Shown in pieces: positions 40,716-53,892 of a stretch of 64,000 nucleotides of DNA. Location of the stretch: contig OX597815.1 of the NCBI GenBank assembly GCA_951406725.2, positions 179,738,001-179,802,000 of the forward strand, read 5' to 3'. The stretch is from Octopus vulgaris (lineage: Eukaryota). The notes under the pieces are model-generated. The model was not told the DNA's origin. It ran no database searches and was given only the letters and a program-made list of their open reading frames with translations. The position numbers and the translations under genes were made by a program. Within the stretch, counting starts at the first letter, position 1; every line of letters begins with the position of its first letter.

Positions 40716-41866
40716 ATCATCGATATGGCCTGGCAGGATGTAACGAGGAGAACGCTGAATTCTGCATGGAGGAAACTGTGGCCTGACTGCGTATCCGAAA
40801 GAAACATCGAGGAGTTTAAGTTTGAGACACCTGTAGTCGAGGAGATAGTATCGCTTGGCAAGTCTATTAGCATCGATGTTGATGATGGGGACATTAACGA
40901 TTTTGTCGGGGAATACTCAAGAGAAACTGACGACAGATGAACTCTTGCAGCTTCAGAAGCAGCAGCATTTGGATGCGGTGGAAGAGATTGGTTCCCCGGA
41001 GGAGGACAGTGTAGCGGAGAATTCTATCTCTACGACTGACATAAAGGCAGCGTTGGCGAAGTGATAGTATGTCTCTGAATTCATAAAAAAAAACTATTAT
41101 CCTGAAAAAGTAGCAACAGCTCGTGCAGCTGTTTTATTTAATGACTATGCTCTGGCGGCGCATTTTCGTATCATTTTGAAAGGCAGGAAAAAGCAGATTT
41201 CTTTTGATATGTTTCTAATGAAACGACCTGCAAGCGTAAAAAGTGAATAAACTTTTATGAATTTAAATTCGTCCGGGATATCGTCTTCGGGGTTAGAAGG
41301 GGGATCAGGAGCATTGTCGAGGACGAGAAGGGCCTTGAGAGGAAGACTGTTCTCCAGAAGGTACTTTTTCACTCCTGGTCCGAAGACAAGGTTAACCCAC
41401 TCAGAGAAGAATTGCCTGGTGACCCAGGCTTTAACGTTTGCCCTCCACATGACCTGATGCTTCTCCTTCAGGATTTAAGCGCTGTGAGAGAGTAAACGCC
41501 AGAAATTGTTCTTCCTGAAGTCTTAATGGAAGCAGAATCTCCTTCCTAACAGTAATCCACCTCCTCTCCGCCTCTATCGTATTCCTCGCGCACAAATCGC
41601 CCCGTGTTTAAAATAATTCAGTTTATAAAACCAGTTTACATATTTCTTTTGCATTCACTTTTTCTTATAATCGTACTTTTACTTGTAACTACACCTTTTC
41701 TGTTTTAAAACCCCTAAAAATTATTTTTGGGTGGTTTTGAATGGCTGGAACGGATTTAATTATATTTTAGTTAATTTCAATGGGGAAAATTGATTTGTAA
41801 AACGAGTAAACCGTAAGACAAGCTCAGTCATGGAACGAATTAAACTCGTACTGTGAGGTAGCACTG
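40716..41866 (+). mobile_element. Tigger/pogo (TIGD1-like DDE_1) relic with an inverted internal segment
   Basis: Plus: AWQDVTRRTLNSAWRKLWP...RKKQISFDMF. Minus 41248-41478: WRANVKAWVTRQFFSEW...LLVLDNAP. Terminus gaggtagcactg followed by TA. Confidence 0.85.
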
Positions 41867-41892
41867 TATATATATATATATATGTGTGTGCG

Positions 41893-41943
<51 letters not shown>

Positions 41944-41947
41944 GTGT

Positions 41948-42244
41948 GTGGAGGCGCAATGGCCCAGTGGTTAGGGCAGCGGACTCGCGGTCGTAGGATC
42001 GCGGTTTCGATTCCCAGACCGGGCGTTGTGAGTGTTTATTGAGCGAAAAGACCTAAAAGCTCCACGAGGCTCCGGCAGGGGGTGGTGATCCCTGCTGTAC
42101 TCTTTCACCACTCTTTCTCCCACTCTTTCTTCTGTTGGCCTGCACGCTTAGCCAGCGGGGTGGCGTCATTCGAAGGCTAAAACAATGCAAAACGCATTGT
42201 GACTAGCGATGTGTAGCAACATCTGATGGTCTGGTCGGTCACGT

Positions 42245-42246
<2 letters not shown>
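41948..42246 (+). mobile_element. SINE family B with tail 2
   Basis: A-box tggcccagtgg and B-box gtttcgattcc; lies between (TG)n and (TA)n. Confidence 0.88.
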
Positions 42247-42280
<34 letters not shown>

Positions 42281-43272
42281 GTTTCTTTCATTTTCTTTCA
42301 GAGTAGGGCTCGTAGGCGAAAGGTTTTGGTGTCTTGAGGGACGATGCTCCTAAAAAATGGGGTGGTCAGCGCTGGAACGTCTTTCATAAATGACTGTTCG
42401 TTTAGGACGGACATGGAGTTAAACAGTAAGAAAACAACAATAACAAACATTTCTCTTTTCAAGTCTCAGCATAATTAATAGATTAATGAAAAGCATATTT
42501 CCGTGATCGCCCTACCATCTGCTTGCGACTGAAAGCTCCCTTATTTTATAAAATTCTGCTCCCCGACTCCGCCAAGGTCCCTTTTGGACATCACAGTTCT
42601 CTCGAAAATGAATAGCATTGACGTTTCTTCTGAGTATAGTCTATGAGATGAGCATCAAAAATAGATTGCAACAAAACATTTATACACTATTTTTAGACGT
42701 ATTTGAAAAATCGTGATTTTGTAACAAAATTTGGAAAATTAAACGTTAATAAATGATATTGTTTATCCTTTTTTCACGGTTAAATGTCACTCTTTTTTTT
42801 TGTCATTTTATTGCATCTTTATTTCCAATTCTATAGACATTGTTTACTTAGTGAAGAATTTAGAGCTAAGTAACATTTTATGACTCAATAATTTTCCTTC
42901 TCTTGTGACGAAATGTTACCACTGACGTCTTGACAAAAAACAATTACAAAGTCAAAAAAAAAAGAGAAAAAGATTTCATTTTCTATAACTTTCAACTATA
43001 CTTTCGTATATCGTATAAAAAAAAAAGTTGCATCCACATAAAATAAATGTTTTAATCCAACAATTCTCGTGGGATTGATCGACTAACAACTATAAAAAAA
43101 GCTAATATTATTGACATTGTCATTATCTTCCCTTCCTTCGCTTCTGCTTCCCCCTCCTCCTCCTTCTCCTCCTTCACATCATTATCATCATCATCATTCA
43201 CGCCATCCGTATCATCTTCATAATAATTGCAATCTATTTCTTTGTCATTTTACTACGCGTAAGTGTCGTAGT

Positions 43273-43821
43273 ATGAGTTTTTTACTAAATCCTATTTATG
43301 GCAAAAAGTCCAGAGTTCGTGACAAGGAGAAGAACACTTCACAAGAAGATTTTCGAGATACAAATTACAATTTACAATGGAAAGAGTTAGCCTACGATAT
43401 CGACGCCATTGATAACTTAGATAATTTTTTTTACTCTGATATCAGGAAGTATGTCTTGCTGGTGAGACAAATAGAAACTGGTGCAACTGTTGTTAATGAC
43501 TCCATTAAGGTAATAGAAGTAGAGCTAGTTTCTATAGCCCTTTGTAGGAACAATCGTATTCCCAGGAAATCCTTAAAAAATATCATTTGGGAGATGAATT
43601 CTATTAAAAACAACTTACGAATCCTGAACCGCATATATCACGTTTTAGTGGATTTGAACTCCTCACAAAAAAAACTTCATAGAATAATGTTCAATATCAA
43701 CGAAAAATGGAATATGCTTAACGGGTTCTACAAAGACATTATACTTTTAAACAAAGAGCAAGAAGGACTTTCTTTCACATGTTTACCGCTATATAGATGC
43801 TTACAACCAAGTACTGATTAA
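43273..43821 (+). CDS. Uncharacterised 182-aa helical ORF (single exon or terminal exon)
   Basis: Long stop-free frame in AT-rich, non-microsatellite DNA; pyrimidine tract and AG just upstream of the ATG; AATAAA at 43880. Confidence 0.5.
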   Translation: MSFLLNPIYGKKSRVRDKEKNTSQEDFRDTNYNLQWKELAYDIDAIDNLDNFFYSDIRKYVLLVRQIETGATVVNDSIKVIEVELVSIALCRNNRIPRKSLKNIIWEMNSIKNNLRILNRIYHVLVDLNSSQKKLHRIMFNINEKWNMLNGFYKDIILLNKEQEGLSFTCLPLYRCLQPSTD

Positions 43822-45049
43822 CATTTTTCAACATTAATGGCTACACAAGAATATATTGAGGAGGATGTGCTGTAACATCAATAAAAGTAACCAAATAATT
43901 ACCAACTTTGGCAAAGTATAATGTACAAGAAACCTGTTTGAATATTTGTAGTACGCCATTGAAGATGATTTCTTTTCCAACTAAAGACAATATGATTTTT
44001 GCCTTTCGGTTGATATTTCAAGCATTTTTTAATATGTGATATACAAACTACTCTGTTGAAATCCTTGTAAGCATTGCATTTTAAATTCATCTTGCTACCA
44101 ATTTGTGTTAGGAAAATTGAAAATCCAAAATACCTGATTACAATGGATTCTTTTAACTGCTGTTGACCACCTCCTTACACTACCCAGTTGTCGAATGAGC
44201 CCTAATGACTTGAGACAAGGGTCACCTATCTCCAGTTTTACGTCAGCAGCCCACTTCCGACGCCTGTGCCACCAAGCCTAATAACTCTCCTGAGACTATA
44301 AAGTGGCTGGCAACAAATATTAGCAAAGTGTGTCACTTTATTTTTATTTATTAAACTGCCTTCTGCATATTATTGACATGATCAAATGCCAATGGATGGA
44401 AGATTAATTTGACCGAAATGAGATCTCAATTCCCTGACTCAACGGATGGCATTAATATATTATTGATCTCATGATCTACTCGTTGCATGTTATTGGCATG
44501 ATGCAAGAAATATTGCTCTTAAAAAATCAAGCCAAACAGTCTTAATTATTGCTCAGAAATCATTTCTCTTGATAACTCTTAATGTATCAATTTTAAAACA
44601 CTTAAAAATATCAAATCAAGTTCGTCTAGGAACATCAGAACATAATCTTATGATGGTTATAAATTTTGACACATACGCATTTGAAAAATTCCTCTTGTCT
44701 CTTGAATAAATTAAAGTATTATATGTGGGATAATTTGAAGTTCAGGAATAAATATTGTTTAAATCATTTATGCTTTTACCAGTGAAGTACAGTGTGTGGA
44801 AAACTAGCGGTGAAAAATATTTGCAGTTTTTGTATCTTAATCAAGGCTGTAGAATAAACTAAGGGTGTCTTCGACTGCCGAATCGGGTTCTCCTTTTTTT
44901 GGATTTTATTCATAAATCAGGTGAATCTTATTCATACATGGAGAACTGGTTATTAATCATTTTTTAGAAACCCTATTCTTTCTTAGGGAGGCACAATGTC
45001 ATTCATCCTCCTTTTCTCTCTGTTTCTAATTTCTCTCCATCTCTCTCTT

Positions 45050-45102
<53 letters not shown>

Positions 45103-45399
45103 AAGATATATCCTTTCACACGGATTAGAGAGCTGCGCGCGCCTTATAAGCATTATTTATAAAATGCCCAACCGAGGATGTGATCCAGGAAACGGCTGCC
45201 GTTTCCTTTTTTATCTATAAATATTCATGTGTTCCGAATCTGTCTTTTAAATCTTCTAAGTTCATTGGCTGCCTCTAAGCTTCAACTCGCTCGACTTCGC
45301 TCGACATCGCTCAACTTTGCTCAATTTCACTCGTCATGGGTTGGGGTAAGCTACTTCACCTACTTATGTCTGCAGCTACCATCAGTCGTTACTTCAATG

Positions 45400-45930
45400 C
45401 ACACAACCTATTTTGGATCTCATGAAGCTCCCACACCATCACTTCTTTTAGGTGCCATGTCCAACATATAGGCCATTGGCGATCATGTCCTGTCACAATT
45501 CTCTGTTCTTTTTCTGTAACAGTTCCACTTCTTGATTCTTATTACCTCTTTCTTCCAGCCAATTCATGAGGTTTGACATCCATATCATCCTTCTCCTTCC
45601 TCAACTTCTTTTCCCTCCAATCTTTCTAGTCATCCCTAAATCCTTCAGGGCCTATTTCCTCATCACATGTCCAAGAAATCTCAGTTGCTTGGCCTTTATC
45701 TCACAAAGCAGTTTCCTATTTACGGCATCCCAGGTCGCCACTTCTTCTTTAGACGCTTTGTCTATCCATGTCATCCTCTATACTCTCCTTAAGAACCACA
45801 TTGCACAGCCCTCCAAGCACCTTTTCATTTCTGATCCTATAGACCATGCCTCACTTCCAAACATTAACACAAGGTAGACATAGCAGTTCAATAGACGGAT
45901 ATTGGTCATAGTACGGTTTCTCAAGATGTT
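45400..45930 (-). mobile_element. RTE LINE C-terminal relic
   Basis: Minus-strand LMFGSEAWSI...QLRFLGHVMRK...GRRRMIW. Confidence 0.7.
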
Positions 45931-46231
45931 ATACACATGTGGCACCAATGAAACTCACCAACCTGTATCCCTACTAATCGTCATTCCACCGAACATCGAT
46001 CTCAATTTTACATCTGAACTCAACCTTTATTCAGCCATCGCTATTTCTGATCTCTTTAAATATTATGACGTTTTTTTTTAACTCCGTCGACTCACTACAC
46101 ATCAAAGAATTATTGTTGGTTTATCTTTCATTTACAATTAAAGTTTCGTTTCTTCCAGATCTTCAGGCTATAAGGCCACCTCTTCTTTTTAAATGCTAAA
46201 ATCGAAATGGAGATAAGTCAATTTTCTTAAT

Positions 46232-46785
46232 GAGGGGGTTCGGAAAAGAAACCGGAATTTTGCAATATTATTTTATTCACTTAATTTTACATGATTACAC
46301 TTTTATCGCCTTCAAAGTATTCTCCATCTGAAGCAATGCATCGGTCCAGGCGCGTTTTCCACTATTCGAAGCAATGCTGGAACTCTTGCGAAGTGATGTC
46401 TTTTAACGGCTCCGTCGTTTTATTTGCTTCACCTCTTCCACATTTGCAAAATTCCGTAGCACCAGCTTTCGTCACCAGTGATGATCTTCGAAAAAAGATC
46501 CGGATCAACTTCGAACTGTTCTTTCAGTTCACTACACGCATTCAGTCGCGACTTCTTTTGATTTTCTGTGAGCAAGTGAGGCACTCGTTTTTCTGCGACT
46601 CTTTTCATTCGCAGTTCCTTGCTCAAAATTCGTTGGCAGGAGCACCAAGACACTCCAGTCATATCAATAAGTTTGTCAATTGCTCGGTGACGATCCTCCA
46701 ACATCAGTTCATGAATTTTCACGATATTTTCATTCGTTCGGGAGGTCGACGGACGCCCTGAACGAGGTTGGTCCTCAAGCGACAA
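46232..46785 (-). mobile_element. mariner-like element fragment, internally deleted
   Basis: SLEDQPRSGRPSTS...RVPHLLT (WVPHEL-like)...IITGDESWCYG; TIR-like gagggggttcggaaaagaaaccgg. Confidence 0.85.
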
Positions 46786-47216
46786 TTCTCATCTCATCTC
46801 GGTAGTCCCATAGGACGCCACTTTTCAGAGATTTCGGTTGCGCATACTATAGGAGTCATAGGGCACTGCTCCATGTGGTCCCACAGTTTCCATCTAACTA
46901 GGAATATTAGAGTCTCATCCATTATCTTGTATTCAAGATTCTCTTCATGACATCCTGCTAGTTCAAAGCCAGGAATCTGATCTGTTAGATCTTGACGATA
47001 ACTAAATCCACGCCCTGCTGCCGACGATACGATTTATTATCGTTAAGGTTTTGTCTGTCACCTACTTTTTGACCTATCTGGCCTGGTAAGACCTGCCTGA
47101 AGATTTCTCTCCTTCCAGTATAGCTTTCCCGGTCAATGGAGCACACAGGCACTTCACCGCGACAAGGTACTTATTGAATTGGTTGTTCACTGCATAGTAG
47201 TTATTCCGCTCTTATA

Positions 47217-48390
47217 CAGGGATTGGACAAAATAATGGAAACACCTTAAATTTTCAAACAAATTTATTTTAATATGGTGCAGGACTGCCTTTGGCAATAA
47301 TTGCAGCTTGAATTCTATGAGGTATGGACTCGTACAAAATTTGAATTGTTTCCAAAGGAATTTTTGTCCGTTCTTCAGCTAAAACAGTCTCCAGTTTTTA
47401 TAGTGATGATGATGGAGGATATCGACTCCTTACTTGTTTTTCTAAAATGCACCATGAATGTTCAATAATATTAAGATCTGGGGACTGTGATGGCCAAATA
47501 AGATGTCCTACTTCATTAGAATGTTCCTCGTGCCATTCAGTAACAACTTCAGCTGTGAATTGATGCATTATCATCCTGAAAGATTGCGTTTTCCGCCGGA
47601 AACAGTTCCACAACCATAGGATGAATTTGATCAGTTAAAATGCTTAAATAACCTTGAATATTAATTCTGCCATGAAGGGAAACCAATGGGCCAGCGGATT
47701 TCCAAGATATAGCCCCCCCCAGATCAACACAGAATCATTTCCATGTTTAACAGTTGGAAGAAAGCAGTCTGGGTCAAATGCTTCTTTTGGCTGTCTCCGC
47801 ACATATACTCGGCGGGTGACCGGAAATAAAGTAAACGGTGACTCGTCCGAGAAAATAACATTCTTCCACTGCTCTAAGGACCAATTCTGTAGGTTTTTAC
47901 TCCACTCTAAACACTTTGCAACGTTTGTTTTTGAAAGTAGAGGTTTTCTGATTGCAGCCCTCCCGTGAAATCCGGCTTTGTGCAGCTCCCAGCGAACAGT
48001 TTTTGTGGAAACTGGGTTCTCGAGGTGGTCCGACTGTCCCTATCTGAAAGTTTTGGTTTTCTTCCGGAGTTTTGTTTCTATGATGAGGTTTCTCCCTCTT
48101 TCTTAAAAGCTGTCATTACTTTCGAAACAGTACTTCTTGATACGCCAAACATTTTGGCTGTTTTCAGTACGCTTGCACCTGCCATACAAGCACCAACAAT
48201 TTGACCTTTGAAAGTGCAATAGATCTGTCATTTTAATTAATTTTAATTACGTTTTTCTGATGATATCTGAAATGAAACAGCAATTTTAGCAAAACATATT
48301 AAGCAATACTAATAATAAATCATAAAACATAAAAATAAACAAAGTTTTGACGGTTTTATAAATATTTCAAAATTATGATGCTATGATGCT
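47217..48390 (-). mobile_element. Tc1-like transposon, same family as 4366-5036
   Basis: TA then cagggattggacaaaataatggaaacacc; WPSQSPDLNIIEH. Confidence 0.9.
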
Positions 48391-48399
48391 ACATATATA

Positions 48400-48690
48400 T
48401 CTCTATATATATAAAACTGAGAATGTGTGTCTGTCTGTCTGTGTGTTTCCCTAAAACTTGAGAACTACACAACCAATTTCATTCAAATTTTACACATGCC
48501 TTATACACATATTATATTATATTATATTATATATATTTATATAAAATAAATAATATATATATAATATACCCAATTTCAACGGATTTTGCCCAAATTTGAC
48601 GTCGATATTACTTAGTTTGGTTTGAAATAAAGAACTTGATTAGCTTAATAATCGTAACTTAATCCCGGACAAGGCCGGGTTATACTACTA

Positions 48691-48691
<1 letters not shown>
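48400..48691 (+). mobile_element. Non-autonomous Helitron
   Basis: A|TC...tatataaaa start, (GTCT)n, 3' hairpin cccgg-acaagg-ccggg, CTAG|T end. Confidence 0.82.
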
Positions 48692-48729
<38 letters not shown>

Positions 48730-48904
48730 TATAATATCATATTATATTATATTATATATATTTTTTTCTCTAGTTTCAGCTCAGAGCTGCGGCCATGCTG
48801 ATGCACCTATATCTATACATAATATGTATTTATATTATATGATATAATATGTATATATATTATATTATATATATATAATATACATGTACACATACAAAAT
48901 AATA

Positions 48905-49080
48905 TTAAAAACAAACCATTTTGATTTAGTCTCCTTCAGAGTATTCACCTTGGGAATCTACACACTTCTGCTAGCATTCCTGCTACTGCTGGAAGCATTT
49001 CTGGAAATCATATTTTGGGATTCTGTAGAGCTGTGCCGTCAAATTTTGTTTCATGTCTTCTGTTAACTCAGATCTTCTCA
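48905..49080 (-). mobile_element. mariner 3' fragment (family of 25500-26398)
   Basis: Matches 25570-25730. Confidence 0.75.
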
Positions 49081-49779
49081 TTCTTTATGCTTTGGCATTT
49101 TAATGAATCACGGGCTTAGCGTCGCATTCGAACCTACTCACCTTCGACGTATAAGTTGGATGTTAGCGTTCATTGTAAATTATAGATGACAAATATCGTG
49201 AATTTTTAGACTGTTCCCCCTAACATTCTGCAAAAATGGACTCGCCTTGTCTTTAATTATTTACTTATCAGCAATCCAACTGATTTTTTCTTTTTGTTTT
49301 TTTTCAATGGTTAACCAAATTGAAGTCCTCATTTTAGTTTTACAAATATTTTTATTTCACAAAGCCTTTTTCTATACCCTTGCGAACTTTTTAAAAAAAT
49401 ACTATAGCATTTTTTAAAAATATAACATTACTCGATATGACCTCAAGTAAGTACCTTAAGCTTTCTCAAATTTTTAAACTATTTTAATCGATTTATTTGT
49501 ACCTTTGATGAGAGAAATGCGACTATTTGTATCGGATGGCAAACTCACTCAATACAAATACATTCCTCAAAACGATTGTAAGGTTTTGAAATATTGCTTT
49601 TCCTTGCATTGTAATATTGGAGCACTTCAAACCTAACATCTCGATGAACTTTTATGTATTTTGTATTTCCATGATAAAGGAACTTGACCTACGAAAACCT
49701 GTCATCCACTTAGATTTCCGTTAGATTTTTCTCATATACAGCACTAATTAGGTGCGCTGCAACAAAGGTTTTCCTTTTT

Positions 49780-49833
<54 letters not shown>

Positions 49834-50137
49834 ATATATATATATAATAATAATAATATTAGGGAGTAAATCCAAACTTATAGGGAAAAATTAGATTTAG
49901 GATTAAATCTAATTTTATAGTATAAATATATATATATTATATTAAATTAGAGATAAAACCACTATTAGGCAAATCAAACAGTGAAAATCATAAGCCAATA
50001 CATAGAAATAAAATTAATTAAAAAATATATAAAATATAAAATTCCAAATTAAAATATTTAAATTAAAGTTAAGAATTTAAAAATTATTTAAATTAATAAT
50101 TTAAATTTATAAATATATATATATATATATATATATA

Positions 50138-50360
50138 ATGTGTATGTGTGTGTCTATATTTGGGCGTCTCTGTCCTCACCACCACCACCATCGCTTGACA
50201 ACCGATGTTTGCGGTGTTTATGTCCCCGTAATTTTCCCAAAAAAGACCGCAAGAATAAGTACTAGGCTTACAAAGAATCAGTCCTGGGGACGATTTGTTC
50301 GACTAGAGGCGGTGCTCCAGCACGACCGCAGTCAAATGACTGAAACAAGTAAAAGAATAA
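50138..50360 (+). mobile_element. SINE family C, 3' half
   Basis: Tail homology. Confidence 0.75.
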
Positions 50361-50709
50361 ATGAAGAAAAGAATGAGTATATTGTATGTGTGTGCGGTGT
50401 GAGTCTTTCACACCGTTATAATTCCGTTGCCGTTTTGTATATTTCGTTGCTTTTTTATTCTCAAAAATGTTGTATGCATACACTACACAGGTTTGGTTGT
50501 TCCTTTAGTTCTGTTGCTTTCATTTAAAAAATACACAACACCGCGCTCCCACAAATGCGATATGAATGATGATATAACCACATTTTCCTGCTCTAATAAT
50601 TGAGTAATAAATTACTTGAGTCTTGAAGATCTCAAAGTCTGGCATCTCCATTCATACAAAAAGAACGTAGCCCCGGGCTCCACTTTAGGAAACAGAATGA
50701 AACTTTGAC

Positions 50710-50946
50710 GGTACCTCTTAAGAAGAGTGGTCCCGGTGCGCGCACTCGCGCATCCGCGCTAGCTAGTCGTGACTAGTCGACCCTACAACGACTACCTAGC
50801 AAAGTAAATAAAACACAAAATAAATAATTTTTTTACACAAAGTAAATAATTTTTTGAACTAAGTAAATAAAACACAAAAACACAAAGTAAGGATCGACTA
50901 GCTAGCGCGAGTGCGCGCACCGGGACCACTCTTCTTAAGTAGTACC
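50710..50946. mobile_element. MITE with TIRs of about 42 bp and 8-bp TSD, Merlin-like
   Basis: TIR GGTAC(ct/ta)cttaagaagagtggtcccggtgcgcgcactcgcgc. TSD actttgac at 50702-50709 and 50947-50954. Confidence 0.88.
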
Positions 50947-51347
50947 ACTTTGACTAATAAATTACCTATCGACGCCATGCCTCCTATATAGAATATACAT
51001 TTCGAAAAACAGCAGTTTTCCGAATTGAATATCACCTTTTACCTTACACAACCTTTCCACGCTTCGACAAATCACGCAGTCAACCCCATCTGCCAATAGC
51101 ATCATAATCCTATCATCTCGCCATTCTCAAGACTGCTGCGCAACGACTTTATTCCTACTTAAATGAAAAAAACAAAAAAAAAATAATAATAATAAACTGA
51201 CCCCACAACTACATATTTAATGCAGCATCTGCCAAATTCATTGCGCCCCACCTCATCGGCAACATCAAAGGACTCCAAATGCAATTAGCTCACAAATCCA
51301 TCAACTAAAAATATATCGTGTTGAGTTTTGCAATATTTTGCTAACGA

Positions 51348-51765
51348 AAGGCGGCGAGCTGGCAGAATCGTTAGCACAACGGGCGAAATGCCTAGCGGTA
51401 TTTCGTCTGCCGCTACGTTCTGAGTTCAAATTCCGCCGAGGTCGACTTTGCCTTTCATCCTTTCGGGGTCGATTAAATAAGTACTAGTTACGCACTGGGG
51501 TCGATGTAATCGACTCAATCCGTTTGTCTGTCCTTGTTTGTCATCACTGTGTTTAGCCCCTTGTGGGTAATAAAGAAATAGGTATTTCGTCTGCCGTTAC
51601 GTTCTGAGTTAAAATTCCGCCGAGGTCGACTTTGCCTTTCATCTTTTCGGGGTCGATTAAATAAGTACCAGTTGCGCACTGGGGTCGATATAATCGACTT
51701 AATCCGTTTGTCTGTCCTTGTTTGTCCTCTCTATGTTTAGCCCCATGTGGGCAATCAAGAAATAC
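51348..51765 (+). mobile_element. SINE family A dimer with 14-bp TSD
   Basis: TSD atattttgctaacg at 51333-51346 and 51766-51779. Confidence 0.9.
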
Positions 51766-52104
51766 ATATTTTGCTAACGTATTTACTTGATTCGTCAAAC
51801 AAAAAGAAGCCTAGCATTCAAAGTAGGGGCCATTGTGTTGCACCGTTTGAAGCCCCTTTTCTGCCAGTTCTTTGATCCCCTGCTAACACCAGTTCTTGTT
51901 CTTCGAGGCAAAGAAACCCTTCTCTGAAACTTCCACCTCCTCTTGGTTGATGAAACGTTGTGAGCGCAGGAAGTGTACCATGGATTGGAACGGGTAATAA
52001 CCCGAGGGAGTTGGGACCGGACTATATTCTGGATGGTTACATCAGATCGATTCCCTCAAGTTACTAGAGTTTATTCTGGGTCGTTCGAGTGGTATGCAGT
52101 CTCT

Positions 52105-52328
52105 TATTTCTTTATTGAAGGGACAACATAGAGGGAACAAACAAGGACAGACAAACGGATTAAGTCGATTACATCGACCCCAGTGCGTAACTGGTACTTA
52201 ATTTATCGACCCCGAAAGGATGAAAGGCAAAGTCGACCTCGGCGGAATTTGAACTCACAATGTAACGACAGACGAAATACGGCTACGCATTTCGCCCGGC
52301 GTGCTAACGTTTCTGCCAGCTCGCCGCC
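52105..52328 (-). mobile_element. SINE family A monomer
   Basis: Head to tail present. Confidence 0.85.
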
Positions 52329-52573
52329 ATACCTCCAGCGTAAAAATACCTATAGTGACATACATTCCCACCATAACATTCACATCGCTCGTAGAGGACA
52401 AAGTAAAAAAAATAGGATGATGCGCAAATACGCTTAGCGTAATCAATGTTATTATATAAGGCCAGCAGAAAGGAACACCTACAATAAGACACAAGCAACA
52501 CATTGCGCCCAGCACAGGCTCTGTGCGAGGCTCCAAGCTTTTCCTAACAAGCCCGCAACAAGCCACAAATATC

Positions 52574-52990
52574 TTCTTTTTTTTTTTACTACCCACAAGG
52601 GGCTAAAGACAGAGAGGACAAATAAGGACAGACAAACGGATTAAATCGATTATATCGACTCCAGTGCGTAACTGGTACTTATTTAATCGACCCCGAAAGG
52701 ATGAAAGGCAAAGTCGACTTCGGCGGAATTTGAACTCAGAGCGTAGCAACAGACGAAATGCCTATTTCTTTACTACCCACAAGGGGCTAAACACAGAGAG
52801 GACAAACAAGGACAGACAAACGGATTAAATCGATTATATCGACTCCAGTGCGTAACTGGTACTTATTTAATCGACCCCGAAAGGATGAAAGGCAAGGTCG
52901 ACCTCGGTGGAATTTGAACTCAGAACGTAACGGCAGACGAAATACCGCTAAGCATTTCGCCCGGTGTGCTAACGTTTCTGCCAGCTCACC
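52574..52990 (-). mobile_element. SINE family A dimer with A-rich tail and 16-bp TSD
   Basis: TSD acaagccacaaatatc at 52558-52573 and 52991-53006. Confidence 0.9.
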
Positions 52991-53056
52991 ACAAGCCACA
53001 AATATCATTGTATCTCTAACAACAGCAGTGTATTATACGTTATTATAACAACTTGC

Positions 53057-53474
53057 GGATCTTTTCGGTTTGAACGGCAGTTTTTTAAAATAATTTCCAC
53101 GTAACTAAACACTTTTAAACTTCGTATACTAGTAGAATGTGTTTATAAAACGTCTTTTTCTCTTGGCTTTATTGAGAAATTCTATAATTTGTAAGCTATT
53201 TGTTGTTTTTTTCTTCAATTTCTGCAATTTCAACCAATCAATGACGTCTATTGAGGTGAAAACATTCTGTGCTTTATGAATATGTCCCTCGTTTAAGAAA
53301 CAGAATGGGTTTATTTACATTTCTGAAGAAAAAAGATACCCTTCCCCCCACCCCTAACCCTAACTAACCCTAAAACAGATTGAAATGCAATAGATCGATA
53401 CTAGGGTCATAATTATGGGTGACAATTTCATATGACACCGCTAGAAAAAACTGCCGTTCAAACCGAAAAGATCC
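53057..53474. mobile_element. MITE with perfect 30-bp TIRs and 8-bp TSD
   Basis: TIR ggatcttttcggtttgaacggcagtttttt; TSD caacttgc on both sides; internal ccctaaccctaactaaccctaa. Confidence 0.9.
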
Positions 53475-53679
53475 CAACTTGCACACAGATCACCTACATC
53501 ATAAGACAAAGAAAACTAGAAATGAAAGGCCACCGAAATATGAAATGTGTTGCCGCAAACAAGCTTCAACTTCCACCTCGTTTGTCCATCCACAACAAAA
53601 TGTAGAGAGAAAAAAAACCCTCCAAACATCTAGATACATATACAACGGAGCACTGCTTTAATAACATCCTAATTTTTTT

Positions 53680-53892
53680 TTATTTCTTTATTACCCACAA
53701 GGGGCTAAACATAGAGGGGACAAACAAGGACAGACATTGGTATTAAGTCAATTACATCGACCCCAGTGCGTAACTGCTACTTAATTTATCGACCCCGAAA
53801 GGATGAAAGGCGAAGTCAACCTTGGCGGAATTTGAACTCACAACGTAACGCTAAGCATTTCGCCCAACGTGCTAACATTTCTGCCAGCTCGC
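53680..53892 (-). mobile_element. SINE family A monomer
   Basis: Homology to other copies. Confidence 0.82.

Noticed and set aside
41948-42022. tRNA-like sequence (also at 29894, 60480 and 63900)
   Set aside because: SINE heads: no complete acceptor stem, and they run into shared repeat bodies.
45189-45207. Perfect inverted repeat ggaaacggc-t-gccgtttcc after ccgagga
   Set aside because: No stem I partner; an isolated palindrome without other support.
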